This document shows, piece after piece, positions 19,495 through 27,377 of a stretch of DNA of 64,000 bases (position 1 is its first letter; each line of letters starts with the position of its first letter). The stretch spans positions 103,866-167,865 of the IMG/VR virus record IMGVR_UViG_3300050034_000187; one strand, 5' to 3'. The position numbers and the translations under genes are program-made. The notes beneath the pieces were generated by a model. That model was not told the origin of the DNA, did not search any database, and worked only from the letters and a program-made list of their open reading frames with translations. The stretch comes from a virus.

Positions 19495-20919
19495 ATGGGG
19501 CAGGACTTGGTAATTAACAATTTGGATTTGGTGGATTCTTACAAGGATACGCAATTTTCAATGTATCCGACGGGTGTGGAAACAATTTATGATTATTTCG
19601 AACCTCGCGGCGGAATTTATCCATACACTTGTTTATTTGGTTTGCAGTATATTTTGAAGCGATATCTAGCGGGGGAGTTTGTAACTCAGAATATGTTGAA
19701 TGAGCAAATTGCGATGGTAATGCCGAATCATATGGGTCCACAATTTAAGTACAATGTTGCAGGATGGCAATATCTTATTGATGAATACGGCGGGCGTCTT
19801 CCAGTTAAGATTCGGGCAGTTCAAGAAGGTATTCCAATTCCAGTTAAGAATATTGTGTTAGATATTGAAAATACTGGGGGAAATAAGACTGCGTGGATTC
19901 CCAACTTTTTAGAAACAATAATTCAGCAATCATGGTACGGTTCAAGCGTTTTTTCTACCAGTCGCATAATTAAGGAAACAATTCATAATGCTCTGGTAAA
20001 GTCTTCAGAAAGTATTAATGGAGAATATCCTTCTCTTCCTTTTCAGTTGCATGATTTCGGTTTTCGCGGAGTTAGTTCAGTAGAATCATCTGCAATTGGG
20101 GGAGCGGCCCATCTTTGCAATTTTCTAGGGACTGATAATAAGATTGCAATGAGTTTTCTCCATCAGTATTATAATGCTCCATATGGATGTGGAAAGAGCG
20201 TGGTTGCTTCCGAGCATTCCGTGATGGAATTTTCTCTCGGAGAAGAAAATGAAGCGGAAACCGTTTCAAGAATTTTGGATGAGAATCCTATTGGAATTGT
20301 TTCTATTGTTGGGGATACCTATAATATTTTTAAGTTTGCCGATAATATTATTGGTAAAGAATTACATGATAAGATTATGAATCGTCCCGATGGAAGTAAG
20401 GTTGTAATTCGGCCAGATTCTGGTGAGCCTACGGAGATTGTTTTGTATGTTCTGAATTCTCTTGCAAATAGCTTTGGATATACCGTGAATTCGCTTGGCT
20501 ATAAGGTTCTTAATCCACATGTTGGCGTTATTCAGGGTGATGGTATGACTCCTTCATCTATTAAGGAATTGTTTGATGTAATTCTTACGCAGGGGTGGTC
20601 TGCGGAAAATGTTCTCACTGGTTCTGGCGGTGGGTTGCTTCAACGCATTAATAGAGATAGTCAAAAGTTCGCTATTAAGGCATCTGCTGCGATTGTTGAT
20701 GGAAAGGTGCTCGAACTATTTAAAGATCCTATTACTGATCCGGGCAAGAAGAGCAAACGAGGATTTCATTCATTGGTGTTTCGAAATGGAAGTTATCAGA
20801 CCATTAATCGAGGCCACGATGAAATTGTTCCCGATGATCTGCTTGAACCTGTATTCGAAAATGGAGAAATTCTTCGTGATCTTTCATGGGATACCATTTG
20901 CAAGAATGCCGCACTTTAA
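19495..20919 (+). CDS. nadV: Nicotinamide phosphoribosyltransferase (NAMPT)
   Basis: DSYK, LHDFGFRG, ASEHSV, VIRPDSG, IQGDG and GSGGGLLQ. Confidence 0.95.
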   Translation: MGQDLVINNLDLVDSYKDTQFSMYPTGVETIYDYFEPRGGIYPYTCLFGLQYILKRYLAGEFVTQNMLNEQIAMVMPNHMGPQFKYNVAGWQYLIDEYGGRLPVKIRAVQEGIPIPVKNIVLDIENTGGNKTAWIPNFLETIIQQSWYGSSVFSTSRIIKETIHNALVKSSESINGEYPSLPFQLHDFGFRGVSSVESSAIGGAAHLCNFLGTDNKIAMSFLHQYYNAPYGCGKSVVASEHSVMEFSLGEENEAETVSRILDENPIGIVSIVGDTYNIFKFADNIIGKELHDKIMNRPDGSKVVIRPDSGEPTEIVLYVLNSLANSFGYTVNSLGYKVLNPHVGVIQGDGMTPSSIKELFDVILTQGWSAENVLTGSGGGLLQRINRDSQKFAIKASAAIVDGKVLELFKDPITDPGKKSKRGFHSLVFRNGSYQTINRGHDEIVPDDLLEPVFENGEILRDLSWDTICKNAAL

Positions 20920-20922
20920 TTA

Positions 20923-20970
20923 AATATACTCTTCATATTTTGGTTGACATCCTTGTATGAAGAGTATATT
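20923..20970. promoter_or_regulatory. Perfect 15-bp inverted repeat enclosing a sigma70 -35 box
   Basis: AATATACTCTTCATA-N18 (contains TTGACA)-TATGAAGAGTATATT. Confidence 0.75.
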
Positions 20971-20999
20971 ATTGTAATTAATGCGAATATCAGGAAGGT

Positions 21000-21566
21000 G
21001 TGATGGAATATATAAATGATGCCAAAGAAGCTTCGCGATTAGAGAATGTCAAGGTATGGAAAAATATTAGCGGGAGAAATAAATTATTTCCGAATGAGCA
21101 ATATTGGAGTTTGATTGATGGAAATTCAAATGAAGCAGAGTCTCTTCTTAAGTCCGGTGCCATGTACAAATATCAAATGCATGGAATAACCAGAGAGCAA
21201 AATGATTTGGATTTATATGTCAGCAAGTATTCGATTGATGCATATTGCGGAGATTGGAATACTATTGTAAAATCTATAGGTATCTGCCCAAACGGAGGAA
21301 TTGTATATTTGGATTCAATTACCAATGTGAATAATCCAGAGGCATCCGAACTGGCAAATATTACTATGCAGTATAGTGGATTGCATACGTTAATTTGTGC
21401 TAATTATATTGCTGAAAATTATCATCATGGCGGTAAATTGGATGAGAGAACATTGTTTGAATTATTGACAATCCCGGCGGGATGGACTATGATTAATAAT
21501 AAGTATTATCCACCAAAAACTCATTTAACTCAGATGGTTACATACTTTTTTTGGAGAGAATTTTAA
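21000..21566 (+). CDS. Hypothetical protein, possibly SAM-methyltransferase-like fold
   Basis: YCGDW and IVYLDS resemble class I MTase strands; coupled to the helicase via TAATG. Confidence 0.45.
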   Translation: MMEYINDAKEASRLENVKVWKNISGRNKLFPNEQYWSLIDGNSNEAESLLKSGAMYKYQMHGITREQNDLDLYVSKYSIDAYCGDWNTIVKSIGICPNGGIVYLDSITNVNNPEASELANITMQYSGLHTLICANYIAENYHHGGKLDERTLFELLTIPAGWTMINNKYYPPKTHLTQMVTYFFWREF

Positions 21567-23509
21567 TGAAAATTTTTAGTTTGAATGTTGATAATTTATT
21601 TGATACAAAAGCAATGCCGCATGGTAGGTGGGAAGCAATTGATGAAGATCTATTGCAGAAAGTGCAAAATAAAAAGAAAATAAATACTGTTGCCTTTTCT
21701 GGTAATTATCAATGGCAAGAGGATGTTATTCATATGGTGGTGAATAACGATGTTTCTTTGATTAATAGTCCAACGGGTAGTGGTAAGTCGAATATTCTCA
21801 TGTGTTCTGCGGCAGTTTTATCATCGGTTGGATTTAAAACTATGATTATTTGCCCCCGCCAATCAATTGTGCATGGTTTTTTATCTAAAAATTTTATGTT
21901 TGAAAATAAAGAATACATCGGAAATGTATCGACAGTATCCAGCACAAATACGTATAATTCTATCAATAATATTAAAACATGGTTATTGAATAATAAAACT
22001 TCAAATACCATGGTAACAACTATTCCATCTTTTCTGGGAGCATTTAATTCATTTTCCGATGAAGAAAAGAATTATTTTATTGAAAATATTGCCCCTAAAT
22101 TTTGGATTGGAATTGATGAATTTCATCATGCGGGTGAAGAAGATACCGATGATAATACTACCGAGTTGGGAAAGATAGTCAAAGAATTACTTACAATGAA
22201 AATTCGTATGGTTGGCTGCACTGCCACTTATTTTCGTAACGATGATATGCCGCTATTTCCCGGTTTACATTTTGCTCTATTTGATTCAGTAACTAAAATT
22301 GGAAATCAATATGTGCGGGAATTTATTGATCATTTTTCTACTTTGAATCTTGATAGTTTCACTTTGAATATTTTTGGTTCTGATCTTGACCCAATGGATG
22401 ATCTAATTGCTAATATTCAAAATGAGCCAAATGAAGTGCATCTTGTTTGCATTCCGGCACTGCTTCCAACTCATGCATATTGCAATGAAAGTTGGAAAAG
22501 CAAAATTCGTTTCTCCTTTAAAGAATTATTTGGAGATACCTGCATTGATTTATTGGGAGAAGATAGGCATGATAATTTGAAGAAATTAATTAAGGCAAAT
22601 TGTGAATATGAAAAATCTAATGTTTTCCCATATAAGGTTATTTTGTCATGTGATATGGTGCGAGAAGGCACTGATATTATTCCGGCATCTAGATTGCATG
22701 ATTTGGCTCCTTCGAAAAGTGAAGTGAAGAAGCAACAAACTATTGGCCGGGTATTGCGGCGTGACCCTTGGGGAAATAAACACGATGCACAATACAATGT
22801 ATATTTTGCAAATTTTAATTCTTTTTATTCAGAAGAACAGCAGAAACAATTAGCATCTGATTTTATCATAGTTGCGATGGTTGGTCTTCTTACTTCATTG
22901 GATTATTTTGAACCCCCAACTATTAATCAAGCAGATAATAATATATGTGAAGAGGTATTTAACACTTCTGCAAAAGAAGTTAAAAGCTCGTTGATGACGA
23001 CATTATTGTTAGAGAATGGAGACAAAGAAAAAACAATTAATACGGTGTTGCAAAATAATAATATTTGTGGTATAAACAATAGGAAGAGAGCTAAAAAATA
23101 CCTTGAGAAATTGTGTATTCAATGGGAAAAAACTATTGATCAACCAGAAAAAGAAGTTGATAAAATCCCAACTAAGCAAGAAAAAGATAGTTCAACTATT
23201 GTAAAGAAACCTTCGGTGTGGTATTATTATCCAAATGGAGAAGTACAATACCTAAGTAAATTATATCCAGCATTGATGAGTAGCATTGGAAATTATTTTG
23301 GGAAATATACCGAAGGAATTATGCAAAAACTACGGCAGGATGTGAATTTTTTAAAAAGTGATCGAACGGATGCAATTTATGCAATTTATAAAGACCGATT
23401 CTCTGAGCGAAATAAAAAAGGAAAAACTGCTCGTAATAGAATGCGATCCAAGGGAATTCACAATATTTTAATTGAGGCGGGAAAACCTGAAAAAGATATT
23501 GACAGTTAA
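21566..23509 (+). CDS. Superfamily 2 DExH helicase (Res-like)
   Basis: PTGSGKS, IDEFHHA, CTATYFR, VREGTD and QTIGRVLR. Confidence 0.85.
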   Translation: MKIFSLNVDNLFDTKAMPHGRWEAIDEDLLQKVQNKKKINTVAFSGNYQWQEDVIHMVVNNDVSLINSPTGSGKSNILMCSAAVLSSVGFKTMIICPRQSIVHGFLSKNFMFENKEYIGNVSTVSSTNTYNSINNIKTWLLNNKTSNTMVTTIPSFLGAFNSFSDEEKNYFIENIAPKFWIGIDEFHHAGEEDTDDNTTELGKIVKELLTMKIRMVGCTATYFRNDDMPLFPGLHFALFDSVTKIGNQYVREFIDHFSTLNLDSFTLNIFGSDLDPMDDLIANIQNEPNEVHLVCIPALLPTHAYCNESWKSKIRFSFKELFGDTCIDLLGEDRHDNLKKLIKANCEYEKSNVFPYKVILSCDMVREGTDIIPASRLHDLAPSKSEVKKQQTIGRVLRRDPWGNKHDAQYNVYFANFNSFYSEEQQKQLASDFIIVAMVGLLTSLDYFEPPTINQADNNICEEVFNTSAKEVKSSLMTTLLLENGDKEKTINTVLQNNNICGINNRKRAKKYLEKLCIQWEKTIDQPEKEVDKIPTKQEKDSSTIVKKPSVWYYYPNGEVQYLSKLYPALMSSIGNYFGKYTEGIMQKLRQDVNFLKSDRTDAIYAIYKDRFSERNKKGKTARNRMRSKGIHNILIEAGKPEKDIDS

Positions 23510-23527
23510 ATATAAACCTGCTATCAT
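23499..23527 (+). promoter_or_regulatory. sigma70 promoter of the cas12-like gene
   Basis: TTGACA-N17-TATCAT. Confidence 0.7.
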
Positions 23528-23548
23528 TGAAAATGAAAGGAATATATT

Positions 23549-25552
23549 ATGGCACTTGCCAAGAACAAAGAAACTTTTGAAGCAAAGATGAAAAAGTATG
23601 ATGAAATGCGAGAAGATAACGAAAAAAGTGCGCAGGTATTGGCAAAGATTGAACGTTCTCGGCAGCAGTATATTATGCAAAATCAGGGATTTGCGCAAGA
23701 ATGCGGTATTAATCTTGGTAATAGTGTTACGCGGGTTGTAACCTATGCCGGATTTGGACACATTCATGAGGTTAATACCAATCTTACTGGTGAACAATAT
23801 ATGCGGTTGAGTCATGAATATTATAACGATTGTGCCGAGGCTCTTCAGCCAATGGTTAAAAAGTTTTGGAAGATGATTAATGGACCTATCGGAATGCAAT
23901 TTCAAAAACTTTCCAATGATATTAATACATTGTATGATACAATTCGAAAAATTAAATCAATTGCATTTCTTCAAAAGAATGCCACAGCAGAAATGAAAGA
24001 AGTAACTGACAAGCAAATTTCTGATATTAAAGATCAAATTTCAGTTTTTCAAAATCTGAAGTCGGAAATCATTCTACCGATGTATGATGAACGTCGCCAG
24101 AATATGAAAAAGCACGCCGAAGAAATTCTTGCTCTGAAGGATGAGAAGAATGCAATCATTACCGGCTGCCGCGCCAAGATTCGTGAGCAAAAGCTTTATG
24201 CCGGAGCATACAAGGCAATTGAGGCGGCAGTAAATGCATCCTATAAGAAAGTAACCGATACCAAGAATATTGATCGGCTTGAAATGCGTTATCGTTATGG
24301 CGATATTCGTACTGGCAACCCACCTTCCGAAAGTATGCTTACTTATCCTAAATGGGATGGGGAAGGAACAATTTATAGCAATCAGATTTCAGTCAATTAT
24401 TCTGTCAAGGATATTATGAATCGTATTAATACAATTGTACAGATTCGTAAGTATAATCCGCAAGTAGATAATGAAATTTTTGGTATGAAATCGTCATTTA
24501 CCGAAAAGAAAGTTCCTCTTTATATTGTAGCAATTGCCGATGCAATGGTGCACGATTCTCGCGGCAAGGCAAGCATTAAAACATGGTATGAAATTCCGAT
24601 GTTTATGCATCGTCCTCTTTCAGATAATGATTCGGATTCTGTTCTTGGGGTGAAAGTGGTTCGAACAAAGGTTGGATTTAAGCATTCCTTTGAGATTCAG
24701 TTTTGTATTAAGAAGGAAGTTTTTTTTGATAGAATTACCAATAAAAAGAAGGAAGTTTTCATTACTCCCACCTTTGAAACATTAGAAAATAATGATCTTC
24801 AATTTTGTACTTGGACAGACAATAGTGGAACTTCTGGAAATGGCATTATTCCATCAAACCTTTTTGTTGATAAGAAGATGACACAAAATGCTGATTTGCA
24901 GCGGCGAATTCAAGAACATCTTTCAATGATGAAAAACTATCTTGATAGCAATAAACTTTATAATTCACCAGAATTGCAAGTATATGCTGTTGATATCACG
25001 TCTGGAAGAAGTCAGATGCGGTATGCTTTTCGAGATTGGACAAATAAACTTATTACTTCAGATAAAAGTAAATATGACGATATTAAGCATCTTCGTTATT
25101 ACGCCCGGGATCGTCATTTGGAAAAGTCTCCAGATGGTAAATTTATTCCATATGGCGGGGATTATGAGGCAATGGTAGATCACATCGCCACTAACATCGG
25201 AAAACTATTCCCCACCATGAATCAAACATCTACGTATGCATATGCAGCGTTGCTAATATTTAATGAGAGGTTCTCTCATTTGTATACCTTTTATACCGAT
25301 GCATCAAGTAAGGCAGAACGTCAACGAAAAGAAGAATTTCGAAAGTTTGCTAAGAGTATTTGTGATACTTATAATAATGTAACCATCACAAATGTTAATT
25401 TTGCAACCCGCCGAATTACTCCAACTCAAAAAATTATTGCTCCTTCTATTTTTGTTAGTGTCTTGGAAAGCACCGCTGGTAATAATGGCGTTCGCTTAAT
25501 TAAACTGAAGGAAAAGAAAGCGAATATCAGGAAGGTCCGCGCTAATTCATAG
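23549..25552 (+). CDS. cas12m: Type V CRISPR effector, Cas12m (V-U1)-like, predicted nuclease-dead and C-terminally truncated
   Basis: Adjacent to an array; QYMRLSHEYYND, LYAGAY, KWDGEGTI, IPMFMHRPL, VVRTKVG and QKIIAPSIF recall Cas12m motifs; RuvC-I/II acidic residues replaced by Thr. Confidence 0.75.
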   Translation: MALAKNKETFEAKMKKYDEMREDNEKSAQVLAKIERSRQQYIMQNQGFAQECGINLGNSVTRVVTYAGFGHIHEVNTNLTGEQYMRLSHEYYNDCAEALQPMVKKFWKMINGPIGMQFQKLSNDINTLYDTIRKIKSIAFLQKNATAEMKEVTDKQISDIKDQISVFQNLKSEIILPMYDERRQNMKKHAEEILALKDEKNAIITGCRAKIREQKLYAGAYKAIEAAVNASYKKVTDTKNIDRLEMRYRYGDIRTGNPPSESMLTYPKWDGEGTIYSNQISVNYSVKDIMNRINTIVQIRKYNPQVDNEIFGMKSSFTEKKVPLYIVAIADAMVHDSRGKASIKTWYEIPMFMHRPLSDNDSDSVLGVKVVRTKVGFKHSFEIQFCIKKEVFFDRITNKKKEVFITPTFETLENNDLQFCTWTDNSGTSGNGIIPSNLFVDKKMTQNADLQRRIQEHLSMMKNYLDSNKLYNSPELQVYAVDITSGRSQMRYAFRDWTNKLITSDKSKYDDIKHLRYYARDRHLEKSPDGKFIPYGGDYEAMVDHIATNIGKLFPTMNQTSTYAYAALLIFNERFSHLYTFYTDASSKAERQRKEEFRKFAKSICDTYNNVTITNVNFATRRITPTQKIIAPSIFVSVLESTAGNNGVRLIKLKEKKANIRKVRANS

Positions 25553-25665
25553 CAAATGACTTAGAAGATATTATGAATTAATTGTAACAAAATGTAACAC
25601 TACTTGGGGCGGTTCGCGTAATTCATTGCATAAGTAATTGATTGCACGAGAGTTAAAATGCCGCC

Positions 25666-25845
25666 CCAACAATAGGGTGCTCAATCCCTTTATAGTTGAG
25701 ACGCTGATATGTATTCGCCCAGTCTTGCCACTCAACACCAACAATAGGGTGCTCAATCCCTTTATAGTTGAGACCTAATTTATGTAAAATTTCTATCGGC
25801 TCACGCGGCCAACAATAGGGTGCTCAATCCCTTTATAGTTGAGAC
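25666..25845 (+). CRISPR. Mini CRISPR array: 3 identical 37-nt repeats, 2 spacers (35 and 34 nt)
   Basis: Repeat CCAACAATAGGGTGCTCAATCCCTTTATAGTTGAGAC at 25666, 25738 and 25809. Confidence 0.95.
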
Positions 25846-25906
25846 TGACCGTTCCCTCTTTACAATTGAGAGTGAATGGTATATTATTTTTATAGAGGGG
25901 AATTAT

Positions 25907-26356
25907 ATGAAAACTGCACACGATTTTACCGGATTTCAACTCATCGTGGTATTGATGATTGTTGTTCCGTTTATTTTTCTTCCAGCAATGCTGTTTAGCT
26001 ATTACATGCATAGTACTCTTTTGGTACTTTGCCTGTTTTTTGCTAGTTGGCCTATTTCTGGGATGTTTACCGCTGCAATGCTTGGCTATTATGTTCGGAA
26101 AGCAGCAGACATTAATCGGAGGAATCATGTAGAAACTCCTTGCATTTTCTTTCCAAGAATTCTTGATCAGTTGACCAATGGACCAATCTTTGAATGGATT
26201 GCGATCTTTTCATGGATGTTTTTGTGCAGTATTGGTGGATATTTTATTTCTGTTTTCAACTTGGTGGTTTGCCATTGGATGAAGCAGCATATTCGTACCT
26301 TGATGGTGACCGAAGTTCAGAATGAAGTTTGGGATATGCGCCAAAATAATCGGTAA
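25907..26356 (+). CDS. Membrane protein
   Basis: Several hydrophobic segments; GAGGGG RBS. Confidence 0.65.
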   Translation: MKTAHDFTGFQLIVVLMIVVPFIFLPAMLFSYYMHSTLLVLCLFFASWPISGMFTAAMLGYYVRKAADINRRNHVETPCIFFPRILDQLTNGPIFEWIAIFSWMFLCSIGGYFISVFNLVVCHWMKQHIRTLMVTEVQNEVWDMRQNNR

Positions 26357-26402
26357 GAATTGTCAAAATCGTGCTATAATAAGGTTATTGAAAAGGAGAA
26401 AC

Positions 26403-26618
26403 ATGAATTATTTCGCAGATGGAACACAGGTTACTATTCATTCGCTCGGTATTGACACTCCCGGAGAATTCCATGCAATTGTTCGCGGGATTGCTGTCAA
26501 GGATAACGTCGAACCTGCCCAGATTTACATTCTGGAAATGGTTGATGTGATTGATGCCGACTACGAATATCGATTTGCTACGTTTCCTCGTGCTTGCCTT
26601 CGGGAAGGATGGAATTAA
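26403..26618 (+). CDS. Hypothetical protein (resembles 50560-50796)
   Basis: AAGGAG RBS; similar GIxxG..Y..Y pattern. Confidence 0.6.
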   Translation: MNYFADGTQVTIHSLGIDTPGEFHAIVRGIAVKDNVEPAQIYILEMVDVIDADYEYRFATFPRACLREGWN

Positions 26619-26843
26619 ATGGTGGATATTATCAAGTTTGCAAATCCGGTGGGCGTCAGTAAGATAAGTGGATCTGGTGTGGTCACTTCAAAGATTGGAA
26701 AGGAGGATACGACCATTGCTGGTGTGGTGCTTTTTGCAGAAGCAACTCCCTATATCAATCTCAAATTGAATCGAAAAGTGACCATAGAAGAATTACATGG
26801 CATTATTTCCGAGCTTGCTGATTTGGAAAAAGCATTAAAGTAG
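26619..26843 (+). CDS. Hypothetical protein
   Basis: Coupled ORF. Confidence 0.5.
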   Translation: MVDIIKFANPVGVSKISGSGVVTSKIGKEDTTIAGVVLFAEATPYINLKLNRKVTIEELHGIISELADLEKALK

Positions 26844-26900
26844 TTGACAATCTGCTGATTTTTTGATATTATTTAAGAGTCCTAGAAAGGGATAATCACA

Positions 26901-27176
26901 ATGACGTATTCTTCTTATGCTACAGAAATGGAAAACGGTTGGAATAAGAATGTTATTGGGAAGAAGGCATACGCGCACGGATTGACCCGGGAGACGAAGA
27001 TTTTGTATTGCGTAGCCAAAATTAATAAGGCTCCGTATACCATCACAGATCGTACTTCTGGTTTAGTTATCCCCTGTGAGACAATTGAAGAAGCTCGTTC
27101 TGAGTTTGGTCGTATTCAGAAGAAGCTATATGCCAAAGGTTGGAAAACTTCAGATAAGATTTGCAAAATCTATTAA
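26901..27176 (+). CDS. Hypothetical protein
   Basis: TTGACA promoter at 26845 and RBS. Confidence 0.6.
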   Translation: MTYSSYATEMENGWNKNVIGKKAYAHGLTRETKILYCVAKINKAPYTITDRTSGLVIPCETIEEARSEFGRIQKKLYAKGWKTSDKICKIY

Positions 27177-27185
27177 GGAGAGGAA

Positions 27186-27377
27186 ATGGATACGAATGAT
27201 ATTTTGGAAGTTCTTCGCGATGCAGAAATGAAGTTTGTTGCCCTGTATCGGTCGGTCGCTCCCTTGGGAAATTATAATACATCAGATAACTACTGTGCAG
27301 ATCGCGATGAATCTGTTCAAAAGGTACGGGCCACGATTTTTACTTTGGAAAAGGAGATTCATGAAAGAGTTAATTGA
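27186..27377 (+). CDS. Hypothetical protein
   Basis: GGAGAGG RBS. Confidence 0.55.
   Translation: MDTNDILEVLRDAEMKFVALYRSVAPLGNYNTSDNYCADRDESVQKVRATIFTLEKEIHERVN

Noticed and set aside
25853-25872. Possible degenerate fourth CRISPR repeat (CCCTCTTTACAATTGAGAG)
   Set aside because: Only about 7 nt after repeat 3, a partial match, and better explained as the TTTACA-N17-TATTAT promoter of the next gene
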